The notes under the pieces were generated by a model that was given only the letters and a program-made list of their open reading frames with translations, made no database searches and had not been told where the DNA came from. This document shows, in pieces, positions 1 through 12,500 of a stretch of 64,000 nt of DNA. The position numbers and the translations under genes are program-made. Source of the stretch: an uncultured virus (IMG/VR IMGVR_UViG_3300044638_007755) (lineage: Duplodnaviria; Heunggongvirae; Uroviricota; Caudoviricetes); IMG/VR virus record IMGVR_UViG_3300044638_007755; one strand, written 5' to 3'. The first letter of the stretch is position 1, and the number at the start of each line of letters is the position of its first letter.

Positions 1-612
1 AGAGCAGGAAACATATACACAAACCCCGCTAATACAAGAACCCCTCCCAACAATCCTTTTTATTGCGAAGAAAATTTATTAAACCCTAATCCAACCAGTA
101 CAACAGAAGGTCATGATCCTAGAAAAGGTACGATCAGTTATAGTGTAGAATATACAAATAAACTTAATTTGATTAGTGGGGTTTTATCTGAAAATATTGG
201 CATAAACGATACTGGTCCTGCCGACGTATTCGGAGAATCTTTTATTATTGGTCGTAGACTTGGACCTATATTACAGTCTTTAAATGCTAAAACCTCTGCT
301 CGTAAAGACGTATCTATTGATATTACTGTTGTTCCTCCTTCTTCTGCAGCTAATTTGGTTATGACTTCAAGTGGATGTCCGATGTATACGGGTGGAACAA
401 TTTATACATCGATTAATAATCTAATAGAAGCTCTTAGACCATTTGGCGCTCGCACTGCAGATTATTTTGGTACTGTGAGAACCAGCGCAGCTGGACAAGT
501 TTTTGTTAGTCAAGACAACCAAAGCTGGAACCCTAGCGATGGAAGATATAGTAGAAATGTTTCTTGGGTTTACCAGCAATGTGATAATTCAACGAACTAT
601 CTGGACCATTAA
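1..612 (+). CDS. Putative virion structural protein, 5'-truncated by the window edge
   Basis: Frame 1 is open from base 1 (RAGNIYTNPANTRTPP...GTISYSVEYTNKLNLISG), so the gene starts upstream of the listed 169. It is S/T/G/N-rich and sits 3 nt before the next giant ORF. Confidence 0.6.
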   Translation, partial: RAGNIYTNPANTRTPPNNPFYCEENLLNPNPTSTTEGHDPRKGTISYSVEYTNKLNLISGVLSENIGINDTGPADVFGESFIIGRRLGPILQSLNAKTSARKDVSIDITVVPPSSAANLVMTSSGCPMYTGGTIYTSINNLIEALRPFGARTADYFGTVRTSAAGQVFVSQDNQSWNPSDGRYSRNVSWVYQQCDNSTNYLDH

Positions 613-615
613 TTT

Positions 616-3600
616 ATGACGAATACATGTTCGACTGGAAAATCTAGTATCGCGGCACAAACATTATTTTTAGGCGCTAGTATTTCTGACTTTAATGTTA
701 ATATGGCTTGGGGAGGAAGACCTTCTCAGTTAAGCGTTAAGTTAGTAGAGGACACCAACTGTATTAAATCTGATAATAGTGTCGAAAAAGCGCCATTTAA
801 AGCAGCATCATATCCTGATAATCACTTTCATGATTGCTCTAGTAATGAGGATTGTTTTATAGACGAAACTGGTAAAGCCTATGATCTTTCAAAGTCCAAA
901 GAAAAAATAGTACCAGGAAAAGTTTATTATTCTTGGAACGGGAGTGGATTTGTTTCTAAGTATTGGTACGATCCAGATCCTGGATTTTTTGGTAACAAAA
1001 CCTGTTTTACTACAGATGGTGTTTATTCTAGATCTAATTATAGTACGTCTAAAGGCTTTGACATTATCAATACTCCTGTTATGTTTAGAATAGGTCAATT
1101 TTCTTTTACTGGATTAGTGCAATCTTGGGAAAGAAGTTATGACAATGGCGGTTTAACTTATGATGTTACTATTGAGAGTGTAGACGGGATATTAGATCAG
1201 TGTTATATTATTCTTGACAAGTACGCTGGTGCAGTATACGGTAAATTAGCATCTAATACCTACGGCGGTCCAACTAGTCATATAGATGGAGGAAGCGTAG
1301 CGTATAAGGGTAAAATAATACAAGGAAATATCCCAAATGTATTCAATGTTTATGGATTTTTAGAATCTATGGGATTAAGAGATTTCGGAGGATCTCAAAG
1401 AAACGACAATGGCATTAGTGCTTCATTAATAGTTGATGCTTTAAGCGTATTAACATCGTCAGTATCATCAACAGCTGATCCGGCTTCGGCTTTGGATAGT
1501 ATGAACAAAAGAGCATTTTCTCCATTTGGCAGAATACTATTAAAAGTCCCCCAAGAAAATGAAACATATACTAGAGTTCAACCAACTTTTACAAACACCT
1601 ATGGTATGGGATTCCTACCAGTTACATATGATGGTTTAAGTGTAGAAAGATGTCATTTTGCTCTAGATCTATCTGAGTTACCTAAGGTTCCATTAGATTT
1701 TAGAATTTCAGAACCCACAATTAGCATAATGCAATTGATTCAGAGCATCACAACTGCTTCTGGTGTAGATTTTTATTTTGACGTCATTCCGGCAACAATT
1801 AGTGGTGTTGCGTATAATGTTCTAAAAATTAGAACTATTTTTAGAAGCTCTCAACCAGACCCAAAACAAATAGAGAAAACAATAAAGACTTTTGAAGAGA
1901 ACAGTTATAATATCTCTTCTTCCAGAATAGGTAAAGAAAAAAATACAAATGTATCTAGAACAATGTATATTGGGCCAAAACAACAGCGTTTATATCAAGC
2001 TAAATCTTACAGACTAGCTTTTTCTCAATCTAATTATGTTTATGATTCCATATCAAAAACCTTTGTAGAATATTATGGTAATGTTGCAGGGCAGGCTAAT
2101 GCCGGTCAATTGGGTAAAATTCGTGTCCCTAGTGCTCTCTCTACCAGAAATTTTGCTTTTACTTCTAAGATAAATAGTAAATATGCTAGTTTGTTTAATA
2201 TAGATCAAGATATTCATAAAACCATTAATAGTAATTCAGATTTTAATACTCCAGACTCACTCTGGTCAGATACTAATCTGGCTGATAATATAAAATTTTC
2301 AGGAAATTATAAAAAAACCCAAGCATTTACAAAAACAGTTGTAGAACAGGTAATGCCAGGAAGATTCTTTCCTCTATATAAAGATATTATTAGTCCGTTT
2401 TTTGGATACAAGATGGAAGAGAATGTCACGATTAACACCGATAATACTACTAATAATGTTTTTAAAAAGATTCGACCAGTATGGATGGATTCTTGGACAG
2501 GACAAATTGTTGTATTAATGGAGTTATCTGAGTTGCCAAAAACACTATCTGTTAGTTTGACATCACCATTTAGTACTATTTCTAGTCCATCTTCTTTATT
2601 TACTATCACAGAATCAGAAATGAGAGCTTGTTTGAGTAGTTTTGATAGTTATTTAACGTATTGTGTTGGCAAAATATATAAACCAAATTTATATACAATG
2701 CTATTTAAAGCTTATGCTAACTCTGCTAGATTTGTTGTTGGTGACGAAGTCTTATTCGACATGCATGGGCCTCCAGGCAACGCCGCTGGCGAAGCAGGAC
2801 AATCAGCTCCACCAACCCCAGCCCCGTTTACATTAAACATAAACATGAATTTGTTTTTGAATCCTGATTTTTTGAAAGATTTTTATCAACTATTCAAACT
2901 AGTTCAGTCCATTGCACAAAATCATTACGGAAAAAAATATTTAGTTAGAATGCCGTCTGTAGCCTCTTATAAAGATCAACAATATTCAAATATCGCTGTT
3001 CCTGACCAAACCAATATGTATGCTTACCATGGTACTGGTAAAATATTTTATAGCTACGAACCAGCAACAGATGGCGCTTGGGAAGAATTCGGTAATATTA
3101 TTGATGACAATATTGTTGTTGGTAGTCCTGATTGGTATTTATTAACTGATGATGAAGGAAAAATTAAACCTATTTTAGGTTTTAATGCTTCGGATTCTTT
3201 TGATGCTTTAAATCATGCCTTGTGCAACCTAGATTCCGCAACCTTAACATCATTAGGTTATGATCAATACGATTATTTAAATACTATTGAAATAGCCAAA
3301 TCAGGACAGTGTTCAGATCCCTATAATTTTATGTATCCTTCTATAGATATATCAAGTTTGGGTACAGAAGACTATGTTATCAAAAATAGTCCCGTTACTC
3401 ATCCAGATGCTTTTGGTAATCTGAGATCCAATCCAAATAGTTCTCGTCGAATATACCATACTGCCACAGTAGAACCAAGATTAGCTTTTCTTGATCCTGT
3501 AAATTTACGAGATCCTATGGCAATTATGACCATAGGAAAAGAAATCAAACTTAGAACAGCTAGTAAACTATATGAAAACGATCCTAATTTAACTGTTGTA

Positions 3601-6591
3601 GCGACAGCCGCTATGGAAGATTTAACAACTTATTTAAAGCAAGACGCTCTTCATACGTTAGACGATGAATTAGCTACTACTATGTTATACAGAATTTCTA
3701 AAATAAGAGGCAATTCAGAGTTATTATCTTTTAAAAGTAGCAATAATAGTAGTCAATTTCATACTATGGCAGAAAAGGTGGCGCACCCATATTTTGCCGC
3801 AGTTCCTGTCAAACTAAATCAAGCATGTTATGGTCCTTGGGTAAACTATCTAGATTTAGATAAAAATATAATTTTCCCAGATGCTGTATCAGATTCGCAT
3901 TCTGCTAATGCTGTAGAGAATTTAATAGGTGGAATTAAAGTTGAAATGGAAGAAAATTTTGCTCCATGGTCTTATGGAGGTATGGCTTTTTTGGACCAAG
4001 CAGTACTAAATCAAATGTATTCTGAAATACAATATCAACAAATTATAGAAACTGCTACTTTAAGTATCCCTGGTCTGCCAATTTTTGGACTTGGTTCATC
4101 CTTCGAATACAATGCGGACACCAGACCCGAAAACTCAATATCCTATAATGGTCAATTTTATACTGTAGAACAGGTAGTCTTAAAATATAAAGATTTATCT
4201 CTTACTCCACCTCTAACAGAAGGATTACCTCGTGTTGGTATTCCTGTTTATAACCCCGCTGTAGATGAGCCAACACTTGGTTCAACAGATTTAACATATA
4301 ACATTATTACATTAAAGAGAACTAATGACAATACTGTTGCTCCTATAATTAGTAGCATACAGTGCAATATCTCTCCACAGAATGTTGGCACTACATATAG
4401 TTTTAGAACCTATGTGCAAAGACTAGGTTTTTTCAATAAAGAGAATACAGATAGACTAAAGGCTAATGGTCTAAATGCTATTAAAACAAATAAAGAGTTT
4501 GCAAGTATTAGAAACTCATTTATTTTGAAAACTAATCAAGAGCTACTTAAAAATTCAACTGAAAAATTTAGTCAAAATTTTAATGCTGAAAAATTTCAGA
4601 GTGGATTTTTTGGTACTAGCCCAGGAAATCTTCTAATAGGAACAGCCGGGCCATTTGCATATCCTGCATTAAACTACAAATCCGTAGTAAATAATATGGC
4701 CGGTGGCAGTTCTACAACAAATCAACTGGCCACTCAACTCAAATTGGGACAAGATCTTGGAGAGACGAATATAAGAACGAGTTTTGAATCACAGCCTATT
4801 GCTGGTCTAATGAAAGACGCTAGATGGAGAACTTATGTTGGTGCATTTACAGACAAAGAAGCTTTGCCAGAAATAAAAAATCAATATAATCTAAAATCTA
4901 TGATGAGTTTAGATGGTATTTTTTCCCCCATATCTTTTTATCCATCTAAATTTTTATCAACTTATAGTTTACTAAAATATTTTAGAAAACAATGTCCAGA
5001 GTGCAAAGGTACTGGAGTTTTAAATATTCCTGTATATAACTATTCAACAAGAACTAAAGAAACTAAAGAATATTCTTGCCCACACTGCTCTATTAAGAAA
5101 GACGCTATAGGCTCAGCTTCAACAGTAAGTGTAAGCACATCTGAATCATTACCTCCATATATTATTACAAATAGTAATGATTTTAATACTATCTTAGAAT
5201 TTAATAAATCTTCTAGTACGATTAGTTCTTCTAGTTCTTCTAGTAACGTAGACACATCTAAAAAAGCAGGATTAGATATTCCTATTAATTTGATCTCACT
5301 ACAACCTATTGTGGTTCCACAAGGAGACTTTAGAAACTTTAATGTGCAAAATAGTGGAACGAATGTGGATAGATGTAGACATTGTATTGAGGTTGTTGGT
5401 AGAGGCAATGTTCCGCCTCTAGGTACTCAGGGGGTGAATCTCAACAATAATCTTAAAACTTATTATGATCCCACCACCGGCGACTTAATTGCTAATTCTG
5501 TTAATAATAGCGGAGTAAATATTGATTATTATCCCTATGATATATTAGCTAATCATGATAGAGTAAATAAGGATAATTTTAACTACGTAATGAATCAAAG
5601 ATTTTTTGGTATTCGTGGACCAATGGTTTTACACGGGTGGGGATATGATACTCAAGGATATCCTACTCCAAACGCTAGTGACGAACCAAGAATACAAGAC
5701 GAATACGGCAGAGCTGCAAGATTCAATATTAGGATAGAATATGAAACGTCTACAGTACAATATAATAAACTTAAAAATGGAGACACCTTTGTTTTAACAC
5801 GACCAGCTGAGAATAAAGATCTGGTTTATTTTACCAAAAGACCAAGTATACAAATATTAGATGCTAATAATAACTGGATTTTTCCAGCAGATGATTTGGC
5901 TGTAACTAAAATTAAAATTCAGAACGATTTAGATTCTACACCAGCCACCCCTGGTGTGGATGCCTATAAAAATTTGGGAGATATTATAACTAAACAATAT
6001 GAACACAATGGTAGTAAATGGGTCAAAAAAGAGAGATCTAAGCAATTTTATTTGAACTGGGCAGAACGTCCAGATTTATGGCCCGTGGGACCAATCGACT
6101 TGAGATGGGATGAATCTAGAAAAGTTTGGACTATTAATTCTGGTAGTAGTCCATATAAGATGGTTTATATTACATTAGAAGAAGATTTAACAAAAGAGAA
6201 TGATTTTGATGAAACATACCCTGCAAGAGGATTTTTAGACGATATAGAATACAGCAAAGAACCTTTACCTAAAGGATATAGAAGATTAGTTTATGTAAAA
6301 GATAAAACAGGATACACTGCACCCAGAGGTATAAAATTATTATGTAGATATGATACTGATGGAGGTTTTTATGAACCTGTTAGCAAACCAGCAGTAATAG
6401 CACAAGGAACTATTGATGTGGGAGATAAGGCACAAATTAATATGGATTATGCGCAAGGTAATAGGGCTGGATCAGCTCCAACATTTTTAGCATCTTTTGT
6501 AAACCCATTAGAATTTTCTTATACTCAAGGACAAAAGGGAATGTTTACGTTTTTGCGTGGACAATGGACATTAACAACGGTTAAACAATGA
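616..6591 (+). CDS. Large putative tail/baseplate protein (1991 aa) with an internal CxxCxGxG...CxxC zinc-finger-like insert
   Basis: Long uninterrupted ORF rich in N/S/T/Y/G, with ATGA overlap to the next gene. CPECKGTG...CPHC followed by a Ser-rich linker. The structural role is inferred from size, composition and context. Confidence 0.6.
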   Translation: MTNTCSTGKSSIAAQTLFLGASISDFNVNMAWGGRPSQLSVKLVEDTNCIKSDNSVEKAPFKAASYPDNHFHDCSSNEDCFIDETGKAYDLSKSKEKIVPGKVYYSWNGSGFVSKYWYDPDPGFFGNKTCFTTDGVYSRSNYSTSKGFDIINTPVMFRIGQFSFTGLVQSWERSYDNGGLTYDVTIESVDGILDQCYIILDKYAGAVYGKLASNTYGGPTSHIDGGSVAYKGKIIQGNIPNVFNVYGFLESMGLRDFGGSQRNDNGISASLIVDALSVLTSSVSSTADPASALDSMNKRAFSPFGRILLKVPQENETYTRVQPTFTNTYGMGFLPVTYDGLSVERCHFALDLSELPKVPLDFRISEPTISIMQLIQSITTASGVDFYFDVIPATISGVAYNVLKIRTIFRSSQPDPKQIEKTIKTFEENSYNISSSRIGKEKNTNVSRTMYIGPKQQRLYQAKSYRLAFSQSNYVYDSISKTFVEYYGNVAGQANAGQLGKIRVPSALSTRNFAFTSKINSKYASLFNIDQDIHKTINSNSDFNTPDSLWSDTNLADNIKFSGNYKKTQAFTKTVVEQVMPGRFFPLYKDIISPFFGYKMEENVTINTDNTTNNVFKKIRPVWMDSWTGQIVVLMELSELPKTLSVSLTSPFSTISSPSSLFTITESEMRACLSSFDSYLTYCVGKIYKPNLYTMLFKAYANSARFVVGDEVLFDMHGPPGNAAGEAGQSAPPTPAPFTLNINMNLFLNPDFLKDFYQLFKLVQSIAQNHYGKKYLVRMPSVASYKDQQYSNIAVPDQTNMYAYHGTGKIFYSYEPATDGAWEEFGNIIDDNIVVGSPDWYLLTDDEGKIKPILGFNASDSFDALNHALCNLDSATLTSLGYDQYDYLNTIEIAKSGQCSDPYNFMYPSIDISSLGTEDYVIKNSPVTHPDAFGNLRSNPNSSRRIYHTATVEPRLAFLDPVNLRDPMAIMTIGKEIKLRTASKLYENDPNLTVVATAAMEDLTTYLKQDALHTLDDELATTMLYRISKIRGNSELLSFKSSNNSSQFHTMAEKVAHPYFAAVPVKLNQACYGPWVNYLDLDKNIIFPDAVSDSHSANAVENLIGGIKVEMEENFAPWSYGGMAFLDQAVLNQMYSEIQYQQIIETATLSIPGLPIFGLGSSFEYNADTRPENSISYNGQFYTVEQVVLKYKDLSLTPPLTEGLPRVGIPVYNPAVDEPTLGSTDLTYNIITLKRTNDNTVAPIISSIQCNISPQNVGTTYSFRTYVQRLGFFNKENTDRLKANGLNAIKTNKEFASIRNSFILKTNQELLKNSTEKFSQNFNAEKFQSGFFGTSPGNLLIGTAGPFAYPALNYKSVVNNMAGGSSTTNQLATQLKLGQDLGETNIRTSFESQPIAGLMKDARWRTYVGAFTDKEALPEIKNQYNLKSMMSLDGIFSPISFYPSKFLSTYSLLKYFRKQCPECKGTGVLNIPVYNYSTRTKETKEYSCPHCSIKKDAIGSASTVSVSTSESLPPYIITNSNDFNTILEFNKSSSTISSSSSSSNVDTSKKAGLDIPINLISLQPIVVPQGDFRNFNVQNSGTNVDRCRHCIEVVGRGNVPPLGTQGVNLNNNLKTYYDPTTGDLIANSVNNSGVNIDYYPYDILANHDRVNKDNFNYVMNQRFFGIRGPMVLHGWGYDTQGYPTPNASDEPRIQDEYGRAARFNIRIEYETSTVQYNKLKNGDTFVLTRPAENKDLVYFTKRPSIQILDANNNWIFPADDLAVTKIKIQNDLDSTPATPGVDAYKNLGDIITKQYEHNGSKWVKKERSKQFYLNWAERPDLWPVGPIDLRWDESRKVWTINSGSSPYKMVYITLEEDLTKENDFDETYPARGFLDDIEYSKEPLPKGYRRLVYVKDKTGYTAPRGIKLLCRYDTDGGFYEPVSKPAVIAQGTIDVGDKAQINMDYAQGNRAGSAPTFLASFVNPLEFSYTQGQKGMFTFLRGQWTLTTVKQ

Positions 6592-9500
6592 CATTAATTA
6601 ATACTGTAGACAATTGTGAAATCTTTGATAAGTTTTTGATAGACGATTTAATAGGACATTCTATTGAAGAGGATAGTTCTGGACCGTATATTAAATATGT
6701 CGATGGACAAATTGCTAGAGTTGCAATGAGAGATGCTGATTTAGTTTCTCTTAAGAATACTAGCTTGGGCCAATCCTCTATTGCCAATGTCTGGTATCCC
6801 ATATTTATTACAGATGATACTTTCATTTCTACTAAACAGCTGTCGGCTGATGGAGCTATAAAGAATGCAAATCCAGCACTTACCAGTGCTAGACTAGGTA
6901 TCGAAGACTTCATAACATTCAAACCCCAATTTCAAAATTGGCTTACTACAGACTCCTCTTTGATGACTGTTGACTGGATACTCAATCAGGTTTATTTTCC
7001 TTATTCTTTACAGTATGGACTACTTGGTTGGGTCAAAACTATACCTAATACTTCTGTTGATTTTTTAGGAAACGCTGGTTCGATTGACAAGTTTCCTATT
7101 GGAGCAAGACTGCAAACAAATAGCGGAGCATTAAATAATATTCCGTTAATTAAATTAGATAATAATACTTTATATCGAGTAGATAAAGATAATGAGCTTA
7201 TCAAATCTTCCACCACCATCACAGATTTGTTAGATATTTCCTTCGATTCAGTATCATTAGTTAAAGTATCTGATTTGGGATCAAACCCTGTTTTCTATTT
7301 ATCTTCTACAGACATTAGTTCGTCTTCTAATTCTATATTCGGAGGTCCAGACAAAACATTGTTGTGGGTTAGTAATGGTGATTTTTTTTCATATTTCGAA
7401 AATGAACAAGACAGACAGCAAGAACAATTATCAAAAAATATAATTTCTAAATCTTATCTTTCTCCTGCTTTATATAGCACATATACTCAGATATATAATA
7501 TTGTCACAGCAAATGAAATACGTAGACTAGACAGAGGAATGAATCTTAAAAAAGCAAGATTAGTAAAAAAAATATCTTTCATATTAAGTACCAGTCCTCT
7601 TATGACTGATTTTGGTATTAATTCGTTAAATATGCCAGAGATCAGAACATATATAGATAATTATATTAATGGTAATGGAGCAAATACTATTACTAACGAA
7701 ATTTTAGACTTAAAGAATGTAGTTGTTAATATCCATAAATTTTTACAAACATATACAGACAATACGGGCAAAGCTGTCAATTTAGGAAATCCTATTTCAT
7801 ACAAAACTACTACAGACAATATAATATATACGAAAAGTCAGCTATTGAAAAAACTAATAAACAAATATGGTGCTACGTTAAAACTTTCTGGAGATACTTT
7901 TCTAAGATATAAAAACCTATTACCAAATGGAGATAGTGTTTATATTTCTCAGATAGCTAAACATTTTTGTGACAAGTCTTTGGTTGGAACCGCTATATAT
8001 CCTGCTATGTCTCCTAAACCTAGACCAACCACTGTATTTAATAATACTACTATAGAACTAAGTGACATTAAAATTAAAAGCATTATTAGCGACACAGAGA
8101 GCCAAATATCTTTAAATAAATCTAACGAAATTAAAGTATTGCCATTATCGGATATTGGTAAAGAAGTTTTTCAAGATTTTACAATTAATATCGTAATGGC
8201 AGAAACAACAAATGTTAAGAAAAAGTATAGACAAGACAATCAAGATGGAGTTACTATAAACAGATATGTTGCAAATAATTACATTTTTGAAACTGAAAAA
8301 ATAGCAATAACTAACAACGACGGATCAATTAACGATACCAGAATAAAGTTTGCTGCGATCAATATCTCTTCTTTTTTAGAATCTAAAGTATCTGCATATT
8401 GGGAACAAATAGGTGGACCCTGTTTAAAATTTAGCGATTCCAATAAAACTGCTGAAACGTTAAGCGGAAAACCAAACCTGCTTTTCGAACAAGCCAGATA
8501 TGATTCTTCTACACAACTGGATCCATTTGTTTATCTCCGAGATACTGGAGAATATAAAATTCAATGTACAGTATCTACTCCTAATGGTACTTTTGTCAAA
8601 AAGAAAACCTTTTATGTAGTAAACGGTACACAAAAAGATCCTGACAGGAAATTAAGTACTATACCCAGTTACGGAAAATATGCCCCAGAAGGAACAATAT
8701 ATAATGCAGGTATCGGCCAGTTTTGTTATCCTGAAAACCCCAATATTCCTGTAGAAGGATTAAGCCCAGGACCAATTAATACAATAGAAGCCCAACCCAT
8801 TCTAATAACTAGTGATCATTTAAAAATTATTTGTTCGTCTTTATCTGAGATAGCAGTACATAAATCCGGCTTGTTTTGGCCTATGAAGACTTTGTATAAG
8901 TATACTACTATTAATGGAGAATTTACCTTAGAAGGTACTGCCAAATTTTCTTTTGGATCTAGTGTACCAGACACGGGAGTTGGAAACAAAAATAGCCAAT
9001 TAAACATAGCATACAATACGAACAATACTACTATTAAATTATTCAAAGTAGTACTCAAAAATACTAGAAACAATACAGACTGTGGACAGTGTTTAAGTTT
9101 TTTTTATCCGAACTCCTATTCTACTTCTGCTATTATTCCTGGTACTAGACCGCTAGAAAGAAGAGCTGTTGTTTTACGCGGAGAAAAAATTCCAGATGGT
9201 ATTACTCTCAAAAAAATAACCTGGAATAGTCAAACTAATCAGATTTCAAATACAACCGAGTTCGTAAATTTTGGATATCCTCCAATATCAACGCTAAATG
9301 CTCCTCCGATTAAGACTTACGGAGGATATAGTCGAGGAATAATTAATGACATCGGAGTAGTAATTCCTGACCATGTCAGACCTCCATTAAATGCTGCAGA
9401 ATTTTTTCCAGCAGGAGTTGCTGCAGTACCCAACATATTGCCTGTTGTAACAGGGTATAAATTAGACTATAAAGCAGATAGTATTCCAGGACAGCCTATT

Positions 9501-12500
9501 AATAATAGTATTAAATTATGTTATCAACAAGCTACTACTCAAACAGATAGCTATATTGAATTTCATAAAGGAGTTTTTCATCCGTCTAGTGGTTGGATTC
9601 AGGCTCCTTCTGAAGAATTTAATACACATGCTAACTTAAGCAGTGTGTTGAAATTTAATCCTGGAGCCAGAGAATCTTTTAGCTTTACTGGTCCTGGATT
9701 AATTAATCTTAAATCAACTTATAATAGCAATTTTGAGAATATACCAAATGTTTACAAGAGCTCTATTAAGCTTAATATTGCTTCTCCTATACATTGGGAT
9801 CCTTTCAAAAGTAATTGCGTACCTGTAGATCCAGAAGATCTCAAAGAACATGAAAAAAACAATCAAATCAATAAAGAGTTAGCAGACCAATATTCTGGAG
9901 GATCCACATACCTTCATCATGGATATAGATATTTAAATGGAGGATTACCCAAAACAGCAGAGCTTGGTATTTCTACTAATTCTGAAGTTGTTGATGAATT
10001 TGGATTTGAAGCAAATAAAGCATCTTGTCAACCAGGAGAGTCCTTAACAAACATCAATTCAGCTACATATACATATAGTTTTGCTGTAACTGGTCCGTCA
10101 AATCCGATTGGTAGCGATAAAGGTTTAAGAAACCCCAGAATAAATACATTAAATATTCAGGATTTAGAAGTTAAATTAAACTTCTTAAACTATGTTAACA
10201 CTAAAAACTTAGTCATCTGGTTAGATGTATCTCCTTCAGCAGAATCTAGGAAACAGTTAGCTCAATCAAAATCTGGAAAAGCACAATGTCCTATTACTAG
10301 AGCAGATGGTTTTATAGATAAAAAATTTCCTAATGGATTATATGGTAAGCCTAATTTTTATAGCCACTGCGGAGAATCTGTTAAAACAACTATACCAAAT
10401 ACTGGAGTAGCAGAGTATTTATCTGATCTAATAGATATGAATTCTACTTACACATGGGTTGAGCCCTTAAGACTGTATTTGCTCAATAAAGAACACATAC
10501 AAAATAATAAGTTTAATATGTCTATAAAATTCTCAGACCATGCTTCAAAATACAATGTGCCTTTTGACCAAAATTCTCTGACTTCCGAAGGTATTGGATT
10601 ACAACAAAATATTATTAATGATAATTATGAAATTCAACCAACGATAGCGTCTACAGGATATTCAGACATTTCCTCTGTTTTGTATCAAAATATTATCAGA
10701 AATAACCAACTGAATGTGGTAAACAATCACTTTGCTAAATTCAAAAATAGATCATTATTTATTAATCCTCCGGCTGAAGACGATAAATCCTGTCCTATAC
10801 ATCCAACTTATGATTCATCAACTGTTTTTACATTAAACATTATGGTTTTAGACGACTATGATGAAATGAAATTGTATGATATGGTTAATAATAATAGCTT
10901 ATTAACAGGATACGACACTCCAGATGTTAAACAAAGATCAGCAGAAATTTTTAATTCTCTTTGTTCTTGGGAAATTATATTACATACCGATAAAACTCGT
11001 AAATATGTTGCTTCTAAGGGTGGGGATTTAGACGCTTATGGAAATACTGATCCTTTAGCTCTTATTGAATACGGTAAAGAACCAAGATATCCAGGCTATG
11101 GTTTTATTGCGGATATGAGCAATAAAAAACATCTATTACCGAATGTTAATCTAAATGCTCCATATGTGTATATTAACGACTCTTCTCTCTGTGATTTTGC
11201 CGACCCCGACAACAGACCCAAAGCATCTATGATTAGGCCTCCTACTTTCCCGACAGATGCTATACTTAACATTATGGTAGGCACAACATCCGGTTTTGCA
11301 TCAGGAGGAGGAGGTCTGATTGGAGCAACTATGGGTTTTGGAGCCAGTTACTCCAGCGGTTTTAATCAGATTATGGAGTATTTTGCTAGCAACAGATTAT
11401 ATAATAATATCACAGAAAAAGCAAGATTCGCCTATGCTCCAAGATATAGTAATTTCCCTTTTGGTTCTCCAGAAAAGATACTATTAAACGTTAGTAAAGA
11501 TGGTGGTATTTGGTATAAATTAGAAGCTTCTGTCTTTAAGTATAAAAATACTCCAGTTCTTGAACACAATAAATACAAATTTGTTAAGTTAGGCAGAGGA
11601 ACTATGCCGGGACTATCAGAATTTGCTATGGAATCCGTTACAGACGTTGGTCAATTATTAGATAATAATATGTTTATTAACATATCTTTAGGAGAACTAG
11701 ATTTAATTAATGCTCAAGAAGGTACAGAGTCAAATGTATCTTATCTTGCGAGCAAAATCAAAGACATAGATAAAATAAGCAGTCTAGCAGATGGGACATT
11801 GTTTCAATTAACCTGTACAGTTCCTTTGGCACAGGACTACCTTGGTGGGTTTTATATTAAAGATAACGATACTATTTATAGAATTACCAAATCAGGTTCT
11901 CGTGACAGCGATTTACCGTTAGAGCCTGGGCGCTTAGTTAGTTCTAATAAAATTTTATCACACAATAATATATTAAGCTATAAAACAAATATCTTCAACT
12001 CCCCTCTGAATAATCTTGTTCTCTTAGAGGGTAAAATACCATTTTACGTATTTGGTGTTTCAGATACGGTTAATATATATAATGAATCTACAAGAGATAG
12101 TACCGACCCAGTCTCTGTTATTATTAATCAAAAGGGACTCATTATCAAAGACAATAGATACTACACGGTATTAGAGTTGTCAGCTTCTATTAATACCAAT
12201 AATCTTATTAGTCACGTTAGTAATAGTGACACAATTGTAGTATTTAAACCACAAACAACCAAGATTACAGAACAACCAATCAATGTTTGGGGTTTGGAAA
12301 AAGAACAAATACATCAGACAGTACCAGACACTCAATTTTCTACTACTGGACTAGGAGCATATGGTAATGGTTCTCCATTCAAAAACAAAGAAATTTTAAC
12401 CTATAAACTACAAAAGAATCAACTTAAAACAATATATGAACTATTTAATAATCATATTAATGATAGATTTAAATTTAATAATATGACAATATTTACAGAA

